DNA of 64,000 nucleotides from Squalus acanthias (lineage: Eukaryota). The stretch covers positions 119,042,001-119,106,000 of the forward strand of contig CM059432.1 in the NCBI GenBank assembly GCA_030390025.1, given 5' to 3'. Below are positions 35,187 to 48,420 of the stretch, piece after piece. A model generated the notes under the pieces. It worked only from the letters and a program-made list of their open reading frames with translations. It was not told where the DNA came from and ran no database searches. The number at the start of each line of letters is the position of its first letter. Position 1 is the stretch's first letter. The position numbers and the translations under genes are program-made.

Positions 35187-37117
35187 CTACTTTTTGCCCT
35201 TCGAGGGTGATCTCCTTCCCTTGCGCACTTCCCCCGTTCTAACCCTACTGCTCCTCCGTAATGGGACCTCAGTGGCTGCAGCAAGGCTGGTGGAAGGCTG
35301 CTGCTCGTCAGACCCTGACACTGCAGATGCCCCTGAAGGACGGCCTCGACCACTTCTGGGCCTGGAGGGCCCGGCTGCAGACTGCACCAACTCTGCATGG
35401 GCGGCAGCAGTCTGTCCTACAGGCGGTGGCAAGTGCAGTGGAGAAGTGACAGTGTTGGCAGCAGGAATGCTGTCATCGTGAGAGAGGCCAGCAACTCCCT
35501 GCTCGCCCGACACACTGGCACTCCCACGGGGCAGCACTTCAGCATCCGGAGCAATTTGCCGGAGAACAGATTGCTGGCCTGCTGCGGCGCGGTGACTGCC
35601 CCGGGGACATGTGCACGAACCATCGAGGTTGGCAGCAGTCTGTGCTCGCGTGGCCTCCATCTGAGTCTGTATGAGAGCAGTCAGAGGTGGGATCACGGCA
35701 GCCAGTGACTGAATTGCAGCACTAAGCGTTAGTGTGGCATCCGCCTGTGCTACAGCGAAGTGCTCCAGACTCCTTGCCAGTGACTCAATGCAATCGGGCA
35801 CCCTTCCCACTGCACCCATGAGCTCAGTGTGCATGCCCACCGCCTGGGTGTTCATTTCTGCAATCAGCCGCTCCTCCTCTGCGTCCATTGCAGTAGGAGT
35901 GTCTGGCATACTCTCCCTCTGGGGAGAAGGCCCCCGTTCTTCCCTACCCCCCCCATGGCGTTGCTGCAGCCCGCTGGGTCCTGGAGCTTCACCATCATCA
36001 GCCCCTTCCCCCCTGCTCCCCTCCGGGGAAGGCGTGTTCCCAGTGTGGGCATGGGCTTCCTCGGGAGAGGGTGGCACTGATGCTCCGGCTTCCTCTTCCT
36101 CCTCAGCTGCAGCATCACTCCCAGTGGCAGCTTCAGGGCCCGTCTCCTCAGCTGGTGAATCACCATCTGAAAGCAGGGAGGTACAAGAGTGGCTTTAGCA
36201 TGAGGACAGGGTGGCAGTAAGGGAGGAATAAGTGCAGCGAGTTAGCAAGTTGGATTGAAAGTGTCAAAGGCTGGTATTGTGAGGGACAAGTGGAAGGACA
36301 GAGGACAAAAAGGTGATGACCTTACCATTGCTGTCCACAACGGGGTCGGCGTCTCCAGTGGCGACGGGACCGATCACCCGGCTTGCCACAATCCTGTGGA
36401 CGCGCTCCTCCAGATCGCTGAGGGGTTGCAGCTGAAGCCGCCCTCCACCCGTCCGTTGCTGCTGTCTCCGATTATGAGCCAGCTTAGCCTGCAAGAAAAA
36501 GGACAGCATCTGAGTAAATATACAGCCATGGTCTTGCCTGATGTGCCTCCCATAGGTGAATAGCCCTTACAATATACAGCCATGGTCTTGCCTGATGTGC
36601 CTCCCATAGATGAATAGCCCTTACAATATACAGCCATGGTCTTGCCTGATGTGCCTCCCATAGGTGAATAGCCCTTACAATATACAGCCATGGTCTTGCC
36701 TGATGTGCCTCCCATAGGTGAATAGCCCTTACTGTATGCAAAGTGTGGAATGTGTGTGTGTGTTTGATGAAAGGGCCATAGGTGTTGGATGAGTGTTGTG
36801 CATTGGGGTTTTAAGACCCTCTGGCCATAGAGTGAGGTTGAGATGGAGGGATGGAGAGGTATTGAGAAAAAGCCACTCACCCTGACGACCCGAGTGAGGT
36901 CGTTGAACTTTTTGCGGCATTGAACATGGGTCCTGGGCACCATGCTCCTGGAGGAGACGCTCTGAGCCACCTCCCTCCACACTCTTCTGAACTCGCGTGG
37001 CAAAGGCCTCCTGCCACTCTCCGGGAACAGCATGCATCGTCTGCGCTCCACTGCATCAACCAGAGCATCCAAGGCCCGCTCGGTGAAGCGATGAGTGCGT
37101 TCTCTCACCCTCTCCAT
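35187..37117 (-). CDS. Harbinger Myb/SANT-like DNA-binding protein, 3 exons (37117-36881, 36488-36326, 36166-35187), 459 aa
   Basis: RFTERALDALVDAV...WREVA...QCRKKFNDL; GT-AG introns whose phases join into one open frame of 1380 nt. Confidence 0.85.
36517..36732. repeat. 54-bp minisatellite x4 in Myb gene intron 1
   Basis: Unit aatatacagccatggtcttgcctgatgtgcctcccataggtgaatagcccttac; about 2 related units at ~55140-55250. Confidence 0.95.
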
Positions 37118-38873
37118 GCTTGGCAGCAAAATGGATTACATGTCTCTCCAGGCTGAGATTCAAGGCTGCAATGAGCAGGGTGTGGCTGGGGAGCAAGTGG
37201 CCCCCCCCGCTTTAAGAAGTGTCCGGCGCCAGTGTGTCTGTGTTCCCTCGCTAACTGGCAGCAGCTGCGCTGCGCTCGTGCGCTGAGTTAGCGCCTCACT
37301 CCTTGGCCTTTGCGCCTTAAGAGAGGTGTGCAGCGCCTACTTTAGCGCTCCACTCACGTCCCGGGGCGGTAAAAGTGAAGTTTCCAGTCAGTGCCGATAA
37401 TTAGCGCCAGGCGCTAATATTTGCGTCCGGACGATATTTGCGCCCCAAATGGGGCGCGACCTAATTTCTACCCCAATGGGTTTGCATTTTACACATAAAT
37501 ACTGGAATCGGTCTCCCAGGTGCGAATAAGGGCTATTGTACCGAGCGATCAAGAACCCATCCAAAGACATTAATATGCAAAATCCCCACGACTCTACGAT
37601 GAGAGAGCCGTTAGCGGGTAGTTACAGAAAGCATTTGGAAGCCCTAAAACCCCTCCAGGGAAAATACTGGCCGGTTCCACAATGGGAGAAGTTTTTCACG
37701 GGTACTCAGGCAGTTACAAGTATCACCGAAACCCATTAAACGGAGATCACCCTATACAAGAAGTTTGAGCGCCAAAACCCTGACAAAAGAAAGACATTAA
37801 GATTGGGCGGGAAAAGAGGAATTACAGCACTATAACTGTAAGGTACAACCGTCCATCTTTCTCTTGAATCTTGACTCTTGCTCTTGACTCTGCCTCTTGC
37901 TGCTCGACTTGCTGGAAGACTATTGAACTTTCGGATCCGCCAGGATCAACCTCGCGGCTTGCCGCGAAGATCTGTGAAGAACTGGGCTGTGAAGCCTTGA
38001 AACGGGCACACCATCCCGAGAAGTCGGTAAACGGTGTTGGAACCGAAGGCCCGAGATGAGATGGGATGAGATGAGAAGAGAAGAAGACGACAATACGTAT
38101 TGCCACGGTCAGTAAGCCCCGACCGCGCCTGTAGGTCGAATAAACACTTTCCTTGCACAGGAAGACCATTCTTCGAATTTTATCGCATCGGTGTGAGGGC
38201 ACAGGAAGACTCTTCTTTGAGTAGTGTCGGAACTCCGAGGACAACACAGATCTTCATGACAGCAGACGGTCCAGCCTGCTAGCCGGAGCAGAAACGAGTA
38301 AACAAGTGGGGTACAGAGACCCCTGATCAACACGTGGGTGGTCAGGTGCTGCGGGAAAAACATCCGAGCAGAGTTTCGGAATTCTCCGAGTTATCACGAG
38401 TGGTGAGCATGAGTCTCGATCCTACAAATCTAGTTTAGGACAGGTATTGATAGGGGAGGGTTTAAGTTTTAAGGATAATTATAATGTGCCTTTTACGATG
38501 TGTCGTGCGCTCCTCGTTTCCCTAAAATTAGTTACATAACTGCGTGTAAGATTGTACTGTCATTAATCTGTGCTTATGACATGTATTTCGTAATCTTGAA
38601 TAATATGCAATAAAGATTTTCCATTTCGCACTATTCAACCGGGTCTACCTGAGTTTTCTCTGCATTATTGCTCTCGCACCTAAGTCCAGTGTCAGAACCG
38701 TAAGGGCGAGTCGGTCGAACCACTCACAGGTGTCTAGTGTTACCAGGCTGGCTGGAGACCAGAACAGGCAACAAGGCCTAACCCCGCACTGGCACCCAGG
38801 CTTAGCACAGAGCCACAGGTCTCACCCCTTACAGATGCAGATTATCAGGCCCTGGGGATTTATCAGCTTTCAG

Positions 38874-40992
38874 TCCATGAGGCACTGTAGGCCATCAGCA
38901 GCAGCAGAATTGTATTCCACCACAATCTGTAACCTCATGGCCCGGCATATCCCTCACTCTACCATTATCATCAAGCCAGAGGACCAATCCTGGTTCAATA
39001 AGGATTGTGGAAGAGCATACCAGGAACAGCACCAGGCGTACCTAATAATCAGGAAGCTGCAACACAGGACTACATGCATGCTAAAAAGCGGAAGTAGCAT
39101 GCTATAGACAGAGCTAAGCAATGCCACAATTGATGGATCAGATCAAAGCTCTGCAGTCCTGCCACATCCAGTCATGAATGGTGGTGGATAATTAAGCAAC
39201 TAACGGGAGAAGGAGGCTCCATGAATAGCCCCATCCTCAATGATGGTGGAGCCCAGCACATGAGTGCAAAAGACAAGGCTGAAGTGTTTCCAACCATCTT
39301 CAGCCAGAAGTGCCGAGTGGATGATCCATATCGACCTACTCCCGAGGTCCCCACCATCATAGAAGCCAGACTTCAGCCAATTCAATTCACTCCACGTGAT
39401 ATCAAGAAACGGCTGAGTGCACTGGATAAAGCAAAGGCTATGGCCCCGACAACATCCCGGCTGTCGTGCTGAAGACCTCTGCTCCAGAACTAGTCGCGCC
39501 TCTAGCCAAGCTGTTCCAGTACAGCTACAACACTGGCATCTATCCGACATGTGGAAAGCTGCCCAGGTAGGTCCTGTCCACAAAAAGCAGGACAAATCCA
39601 ATCCGGCCAATTACCGCCCCGTCAGTCTACTCTCAAGCATCAGCAAAGTGATGGAAGGTGTCATCGACAGTGCTATCAAGCGGCACTTTCTCACCAATAA
39701 TCTGTTCACTGATGCCCACTTTGGGTTCCGCAAGGACCATTCAGCTCCATACCTCATCACAGCCTTGGTCCAAACATGGACAAACGAGCTGAATTCCAGA
39801 GGTGAGGTGAGAGTGACTGCCCTTGACATCAAGGCAGCATTTGACTGAGTGTGGCATCAAGGAGCCCTAGTAAACCTGAAGTCAATGGGAATTGGGGGGA
39901 AAACTCTCCACTGGCTGAAGTCATACCTAGCTCAAAGGAAGATGCTTGTAGTGGTTGGAGGTCAATCATCACAGCCCCAGGACATCGCTGCATGAGTTCC
40001 TCTGGGCAGTGTCCTAGGCCCAACCATCTTCAGCTGCTTCATCAATGACCTTCCCTCCAACATAAGGTCAGAAATGGGGATGTTCGCTGATGACTGCACA
40101 GTGTTCAGTGCAATTCGCAACTCCTCAGATAATGAAGCAGTCCATGCGCACATGCAACAAGACCTGGACGACATTCAGGCTTGGGCTGATAAGTGTCGGG
40201 TAACATTCGCACCACACAAGTGCCAGGCAATGACTATCTCCAACAAGCAAGAATTTAACCACTGCCCCTTGACATTCAACGGCATTACCATCGCCGAAAC
40301 CCCCACCATCAACATCTTGAGGGTCACCATTGACCAGAAACTAAACTGGACCAGCCACATAAATACTGTGGCAACAAGAGCAGGTCAGAAGCTAGGTATT
40401 CTGCAGCTAGTGTCTCACCACCTGACTCCCCAAAGCATTTCCACCATCTACAAGGCACAAGTCAGCATTGTGATGGAATACTCTCCACTTGCCTGGATGA
40501 GTGCAGCTGCAACAACATTCAAGAAGCTCAACACCATCCAGGACAAAGCAGCCCGCTTGATTGGCACCCCTTCCTCCACCTTAAACATTCACTCCCTCCA
40601 CCACCGGCATACAGTGGCTGCAGTGTGTATCATCTACAAGATGCACTGCAGCAACTCACCAAGGCTTCTTCGGCAGCACCTCCCAAACCCGCGACCTCTA
40701 CCACGTAGAAGGACAAGGGCAGCAGGCAGATGGGAACCCCACCACCTTCCAATTTCCCCTCCAAGTCACACATCATCCTGACTTGGAAGTATATCGCCGT
40801 TCCTTCATCGTCGCTGGGTCAAAATCCTGGAACTACCTCCCTAATAGCACTGTGGGAGTACCTTCACCACATGGACTGCAGCGGTTCAAGAAGGTGGCTC
40901 ACCACCACCTTCTCAAGGGCAATTAGGGATGGGCAATAAATGCTGGCCTTGCCAGCGACGCCCCCATGCCATGAACGAATAATTAAAAAAAA
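38874..40992 (+). mobile_element. tRNA-headed LINE copy 2, 3' part
   Basis: Collinear with 8256-10350; ALDIKAAFD, FADD, IYKAQV; A tail. Confidence 0.85.
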
Positions 40993-41040
40993 GGCATTTA
41001 AGTTTAGAAATGCACCTAATTAGCTTGACTGACATTGAAA

Positions 41041-41666
41041 CATGGCCGGCCTTCGGGAAAATGGCACCTGGACAAACTTGTATTTTGGCGCCTTTTCTTC
41101 AAGTTTAAATATGTAGTAGTATTAGCGTAATTTTCAGAAATAAAGCTGTGATCTCAAAAGATTTTTCAAAATTTAAATAATAAACGATATTATTCATACA
41201 AAAACAACCTTGTAGCTAAGTTGCCCCTTTAAACTATAGATTAAATTAAACGCTAAACTAATAAATAATAAATAAAAAACGTTGTTCACCAAGATACTTT
41301 GAGCCACATCATTCTCAATGGACAGGATGGCCAGTGAAATAGCCTGTCTTTTCCATGGTCGATCGCAAATATGTTTTATGAGCTTCAACTTCGGGAAGCT
41401 CTGTTCGTTGCTCGCCACCGATACGGGCACGGTTAACAGGATCCTGAGTGCTATCCGTGTGTTTGAGAACTTGCTCTTGAAACATGAAGTTTGCTCTTCT
41501 TGAGGAATGCTACAGTTCACTGGAAGCAGACTTTGGTATAGCCAAGTTCTTCGCAGAGTTCGACGGCGTTAATGTCAGACCCTCTTGACCAAGGCGCCCC
41601 CCCCCCCCACCCGACCACAGCGCCCTGAGCGGTCGCCCATGTCGCCCACCTGTAAGGCCGGCCTTG
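41041..41666 (-). mobile_element. Non-autonomous hAT element with dimerisation-domain remnant
   Basis: TIRs catggccggcctt / aaggccggccttg, 8-bp TSD cattgaaa/catagaaa; LRILLTVPVSVASNEQSFPKLKLIK. Confidence 0.8.
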
Positions 41667-42499
41667 CATAGAAATTAGTATTTTGGCCTCCTGCTTCCCA
41701 TCTCAAGATCTAAAAGGCAGGCGGCACGAGTCTACAGTTGACATACCCAACAGGCTAGAGTAATGAGCAGTTGGTCTGGGCTGAGCTCGTTTTCTTAACT
41801 AGTATAAATCAGTTTATCTACTCCTATTTCTGAGTGTTATTAACTGAGCAAAGGAGCTTTATGCATAAGTAACATATAGAGCTAAAGAGTATGTATGGCT
41901 CACCACTCGCTACCTTAACCAGTTGAAGTATTGGGGAGCTAAACTGTTGTGTTCTAATTCTATCATCATTTCAAGGTAACCTTCCTTGATACAGAAACCC
42001 TTCTGTGAGTGATTGCCTGGTGAGACCCACACTGAGACCTGATCTACAGAAATCACAGTTATGTCATGTCTCTTGCATTCATTGTCTGGAAAGTAACGAG
42101 AGTTAGTTAGAAGCTAAAGTGTGGAGTGAGAGAGTTAGCTTTAGGCTAAGGTATGGACTAAAGGAGTTAGCTGGATACCAGAGTCTGGAATGAGAGAGTT
42201 AGCTCTAGACCTCCAAAATGGCTCTTTTCAAACTGATATATCACCCAGCCAGAATGTATTGTATATTGATTGAACTAGATCAGCTGGACTTGAGTCCAAT
42301 GATGAGCAAAGTACAACTTTACTCTTACTTGCAAGAGAAATCAAAGAGCAAATTGGAAACAGAAAAGGGAACCATTGTCCTTGACTTCTTTTTTCAGTCT
42401 TCATTCTTCTTAACTTAGTTAAACTGAAACGTACTGTAACTTTCTATTAACTGTATTGTGGTACTTTTCTTAGTGCTTAGCACTTTTTAAGAATTGCGA

Positions 42500-43915
42500 G
42501 AGAGGGAAAGCAAGGAATTATAGACCAGTTAGCCTAACATCTGTTGTCGGGAAATTGCTAGAGTCTATAATTAAGGATAGAGTGACTGAACACCGTGAAA
42601 ATTTTCAGTTGATCAGAGGGAGCCAGCATGGATTTGTGAAAGGTAGGTCATGCCTGACAAACCTGATTGAATTTTTTGAAGAGGTGACTAAAGTAGTGGA
42701 CAGGGAAATGTCTATGAATGTTATTTATATGAACTCCAGAAGGCATTTGACAAAGTCCCACTTTAGAGACTGTTATCAAAGGTAGAAGTCCACAGAATTG
42801 AGGGCAAATTAATGACCTGGTTAGGAAATTGGCTGAGCGGCAGGAGACAGAGAGTAGGGATAATGGGTAGGTACTAAATTGGCAGGATGTGACTAGTGGT
42901 GTCCCGCAGGGATCTGTGTTGGGGCCTCAACTATTCACAATATTTATTAACGACTTAGATGATGGCATAGAAAGTCATATATCCAAATTTGCCGATGACA
43001 CAAAGAGAGGCAGCATTATAGGCAGTGTAGATGAAAGCATAAAATTACAAAGGGATATTGATAGATTAATTGAATGGGCAAAAATGTGGCAAATGGATTT
43101 CAATGCAAGCAAATGTGAGGTCATCTACTTTGGACCTAAAAGGGATAGAAAAGGGTACTTTCTAAATGGTGAAAAGCTAAAAACAGTGGATGTCCAAAGA
43201 GACTTGGGGGTTCAGGTACACAGATCATGAAAATGTCATGAACAAGTACAGAAATAATCAAAAAATCCATTGAATACTGGGCTTTATTTCTAGAGGACTA
43301 GAATACAAGGGGGTAGAAGTTATGCTGCAGCGATACAAAACCTTGGTTAGACCACACCTGGAGTACTGTGAGCAGTTCTGGGCACCACACCTTAGGAAGG
43401 ATATATTGGCCTTGGAGCGAGTGCAGCGTAGGCTTACCAGAATGATACCCGGACTTCAAGGGTTAAGTTACGAGGAGAGATTACACAAATTAGGATTGTA
43501 TTCCCTAGAATTTAGAAGGTTAAAGGGTGATCTGATCGAAGTTTACAAGATGTTTAGGGGAGCAGATAGGGTAGATCGAGAGAAACTATTTCCGCTGGTG
43601 GGAATTCTAGGACTAAGGGGCATAGTCTAAAAATTAGAACTAGACCTTTCAGGAGTGAAATTAGGAAATGCTTCTACACACAAAGGCTGGTAGAAGTTTG
43701 GAAATGTCTTCCGCAAACAGCAATTGATGCTAGATCAATTGTTAATTTTAAATCGGAGATTGATAGCTTTTTGTTAACCAAAGGTATTAAGGGATATGGG
43801 CCAAAGGCGGGTATATGGAGTTAGGTCGCAGATCAGCCATGATCTCATTGAATGGCGGAGCAGGCTCGAGGGGCTGAATGGCCTACGCCTGCTCCTGTGT
43901 TCTTATATTCCTATG
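42500..43915 (+). mobile_element. CR1 LINE 3' part (degenerate)
   Basis: SQHGFVKGRSCLTNL, GVPQGSVLGP, FADD, LEYCEQFWAP; CR1 3' UTR. Confidence 0.85.
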
Positions 43916-45667
43916 TACGGTATTAACACTTTGCATTCTAAGTTTTTTGTGTTCAGGCAGACAGGCAAGAAGGACAGAACAGGCCGGCTGGACTGCTTAG
44001 AATGTGCAGAAGAGGCCAACCTTGGCCTTTAAGGTGCCAGCGTTTAAGTTCTGTTGTCTGTCACCACTTTAAGCTGACAAAAGCTGCCATTAATGAAGCA
44101 CATACGTTAATGGTGAAATTCAGTAATTTACTTACTGAGCTGGAGCAATTGAGCAGACAGAGCTACAGAGTTAGATCCCAAATGGAATCATACTTCAAGC
44201 GCCTCAAGTTGTCATACAGAGAATCCCACATCAGGTCACTTAGCCAATCAAAGGAGAATTTTGTTATAAAAACCACTGTCTGTCTTGTTCAAGTGCACAG
44301 ATGTGTTTTAAAAACGCTGTAACTGTCTGATGCAAGATGGAATGCTATACCGAAACCAGAGTCATACATTTTCTGAACCATGCCTTCAGTCCAAAAAATC
44401 ACACTGCATCATCATTTTTATTATAGGCTTAAGGACAACTGACTCAAAGAAGTGCTCTCTGTTATCAGCTGTTAAAATGAGTAGCGAAGTGTCATTTTCC
44501 CTGAACACTAAAATACATGGTGATTTTCATTTCTTCTCTCATATATGAAGTAATCCTTTTCCCAGACACTACATGCATTTGCCCCGAATGCCTATACTTC
44601 AATGTTCTGGATTAAAGCTATTTCAAAAACAGACCCATTGAAATGATATTAATTCGGTATACTTCAACTGTTATTGTCTGCTGGTGTCTGGAGAAATAAC
44701 CAAAGCGAGGCATAAAATGAAACATAAGGTAAAGAAATAATGCCACAGGCTAAGAAATAGTAATGGGAATAAAAGGAAAATATGAAGCAGTAAAACAAAA
44801 ACAAAGAGAAAAAGAAAATAAGATAAATATCAGAGCTGGGTAGATGGTTTGTTTATTTTTCTTCATTTACCAAAACAGTGAAAGGAAGACAGAAAGTAAA
44901 TGAGGAAAGCAGTTGAAGGGAAAAAAAACTTTGAAGAGAATTTCTTTGCTATTACTCCTGAAGCATGAGAGGGTCAATGAGCTTCACTGTGGACTGGTGC
45001 TGGACCAGCTTGTTTAGTCATTTGCTCCATGGATGATTTTCAGCTGACAACACCGATAGCTTGAAGATGGTCCTCTTTATGAACAAAACTTTCTTTGCTG
45101 TCTGATTGTGTTAGCCCATTCTGTGATAATACTGTCCCATAATACCACCCAGAGAGGCATATTGGTGGGTGCAGGATTCCCGTTATAAAAGGATTGCCAC
45201 TGCAGTGTTATTTATATATTATGAACAAAAAAAGAAGCAAAGGGATAATAGACATTTAAGTTAAAGATTCCAGGGGGGAAATTCTATCAATTCAATCTGC
45301 TGCAAATATACATTTCTATTATTTGATGGCATGTCAACCATTTCTGGAGCAAAGAGGTCATAAATATTGTAAGCATATTGATGGGTGGAAGAATCTCACA
45401 ATAAAAAGAATTGATACATTTTCTGAAAATTTGCAAGTTTTTCATTCAAAACTCAGTTCACTCAAATGATATGTTGAATGATTTTGTCTGTGTTTTAAGC
45501 CTAGAAACCCTGTTGCTGATATTAGTGGATGCGTTCGATTGGCATTCTGCTGTTTTAGTGGAGATAAAATAAAGAGGTTAACATCTACATTAAAACAGCA
45601 GACAGAGGATTGTCATATGAATACGTTAAGCGTTAATCCACTATTATTGCCAACAGTATTTCTAGGA

Positions 45668-48420
45668 CAGTGTTGTCCAGAAGAAATCGCTGACCAGGTG
45701 TGGCTCGGCGACACTGTTTTAGCCACATGCCTTAATTTTAGTAGAAAAACGACTTGCACACAATACAGGCAAATGTACTTCACGTGTAAATTTACTTAAC
45801 TAACAAACATCTTTCACCATTCAGTACAAAAATTTCCATCTTTCTTTTTTTTATCGAAGTTTGAAATTTTGGCATAAATATATTAGACACGGCACCTTAG
45901 TCTCGTGTTGTCCAATAAGTTTACTGCTAGCCACATGTGGTGAATTGGGAATCCAGATGTGGCAAAATGCATTTTTGATTAGTAAGTATAAAGTTAGTAA
46001 TACTCATCTCAATATTCAGATTTACTTCAACTTTTGTTGTGCATTTGTTGGCAAAATGGTAAAACGTAAGGCAAAGGGTGAGAGCGCATTCTGCTCGTTG
46101 GGAGCGCTTTACTTCTTTGGTTGCTGGCTATTGATTATCTGCTAAAACGGTCCATAACATGGATGAAAATGTTGGACTTCAGCATCACGGAAATGATTTC
46201 GACAGTTTTAGTCTGACCTCTCAGTTCATGAGCAATCCATTCCGCTTTGGCACTCCCGGAAACTAGTGGAACTCCTCCCTATGAACAGAACGGACTGGAG
46301 ATGGAACTGCTGATGCTGCACACTGGATACATGAATGAGACGGATTCAATGCTGAGAATGTAGCAAAATGTCCTGACTGAACGTGAATGTCTGATTTTTG
46401 AGAATTGCCGCCATGTTCGATTCCACTTCATTGTGTGAGTCAAGGTTCTCAGCAATCACTCTGATGAAACCAAAGTACCTATCAATGGGGTTGGATATTT
46501 GTTAATAAATATAAGCATGTGAAGTACATTTACTTGCATTGTGTGAGTGCATGTAAGGTGCTTCCTACTAAAATTACTGCATGTGGCTAACATAGAAACA
46601 CAGAAACATAGAAGATAGGAGCAGGAGTAGGCCATTCGGCCCCTCGAGCCTGCTCCGCCATTTAATGAGATCATGGCTGATCATCCAAATTCAGTACCCT
46701 GTCCCTGCTTTCTCCCCATATCCCTTGATCCCTTTAGCCTTAAGAAATATATCTAACTCCTTCTTGAATATATTTAATGAATTGGCCTCAACTGCCTTCT
46801 GTGGTAGAGAATTCCACAGGTTCACCACTCTCTGGGTGAAAAAAATCCTCCTCATCTCAGTCCTAAATGGCTTACCCCTTATCCTTAGACTGTGACCCCT
46901 GGTTCTGGACTCCCCCGCCATCGGGAACATCCTTCCTGCATCTAGTTTGTCTAGTCCTGTTAGAATTTTATAAGTTTCAATGAGATCCCCTCTCATTCTT
47001 CTAAACTCTAGCGAATACAAGCCCAATCGTCCCAATCTCTCTTCATACGTCATTCCTGCCATCCCAGGTATCAGTCTGGTGAATCTTCGCTGCACTCCCT
47101 CCATGGCAAGAACATCCTTCCTCAGATAAGGCGACCAAAACTACACACAATACTCAAGGTGTGGTCTCACCAAGGCCCTGTACAACTGCAGCAAGACATC
47201 CTTGTTCCTGTACTCGAACCCTTTCGCCTGTACTCAAATCCTCTCACTATGAAGGCCAACATACCATTTGCCTTCTTAACCGCCTGCTGTACCTGCATGC
47301 TTACCTTCAACGACTGGTGCACAAGTTCTCCCAGGTCTCGTTGCACTTCCCCTTTTCCCAATCTATTGCCGTTCAGATAATAATCTACCTTCCTGTTTTT
47401 GCCACCAAAGTGGATAACCGCGCATTTATCCACATTATACTGCATCTGCCATGCATCTGCCCAATCACCCAACTTGTCCAAATCATACTGGAGTTTCTCT
47501 GCATCCTCCTCACAGCACACACGCTCATCCAGCTTTGTGTCATCTGCAAACTTGGAGATAGTACATCTAGTTCCCTGGTCTAGATCATTAATATATATTG
47601 TTAATAACTGGGGTCCTAGCACTGATCCCTGCGGTACCCCACTAGTCACTGCCTGCCACTCGGAAAAAGACCCGTTTATTCCAACTCTTTGCTTCCTGTC
47701 TGCCAACCAGTTCTCTATCCAAGTCAGTACCTTACCCCCAATCCCATGTGCTTTAACTTTGCACGCTAATCTCTTATGCGGGACCTTATCGAAGCCTTCT
47801 GAAAGTCCAAATACACCACATCCACTGGTTCTCCCTTATCTATTCTACCAGTTACATCCTCAAAAACGGTGGCACGCAGCCAAATCCGTGGCTCGTCAAA
47901 GTGAATGCTGAGTATGTTGACTCGCACAACGAGACACTCCAGGCCAGACCCTGCTCTCCACCCAGAATGCAGTTGGATGCTGCTTTGCCAGGGCGTGCCC
48001 TGTTGGAGCTGCTCCTTATTGGCCAGGCTTGCCTTCCCCTGCTGGCCTGGAGCAGTTAGCTCGATTAGTCCAGCTGACCACAATGACAAGTCCCCTCTCC
48101 ATGCAATGTTGCTGGTGTTTCCATGGTGCTTTTCACCTGTGTTTACGCACCATTTTTACAGATAAACAATAAACAGTAACCAAGGAAGTAAAGCAAACAA
48201 TCACTAAACACTTGCATACCCTGTATTTCATCTTATAATTTTACCAACGCACAGAAGGGTTAAAATACACCTGCACATTCCATGCAAACATGAGTATTGA
48301 GATCACATGCCCAATGATGGTGCTTATTACTCACATTTTATTACCAAACTAAAAAGCAATTAGCCACATCTGGAATCCTAATTAGCCATACATGGCTAGT
48401 GGCTAACACATTGGACTAGG
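45668..48420. mobile_element. Degenerate hAT (Charlie-like) remnants, interrupted by a CR1
   Basis: Repeated gtgttgtcca and tagccacatg subterminal motifs; AMFDSTSLCESRFSA-like dimerisation remnant near 46410. Confidence 0.45.
46591..47866 (-). mobile_element. CR1 LINE 3' part
   Basis: ORFs 46691..47706 with RT motifs; (catagaa) tail. Confidence 0.85.

Larger units (their letters stand above)
33216..37474. mobile_element. Near-intact autonomous PIF/Harbinger transposon
   Basis: TIRs ggggtaaaaatt / aatttctacccc, 3-bp TSD aat (the 5' LTR shows the empty site), convergent transposase and Myb/SANT genes. Confidence 0.95.
21535..38833 (+). mobile_element. Endogenous retrovirus-like provirus LTR-gag-pro-pol-env-LTR (lokiretrovirus-like)
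   Basis: TG...CA LTR pair, PBS, PPT, 4-bp TSD gaag/gatg (one mismatch), and gag, pro, RT, tether, RNase H, IN and env in retroviral order. Confidence 0.92.
32966..38833 (+). repeat. 3' LTR (32966-33215 plus 37478-38833), split by a Harbinger
   Basis: Same termini and internal sequence as the 5' LTR; 1606 bp net. Confidence 0.95.

Noticed and set aside
36535..36600. Hammerhead-ribozyme-like look of the 54-bp repeat (ctgatgt-gcct...aggt-gaat)
   Set aside because: Two core positions deviate from CUGANGA/GAAA and I could not form convincing stems I and III.
36517..36732. Possible CRISPR-like array
   Set aside because: Units are contiguous with no unique spacers, and the context is eukaryotic.
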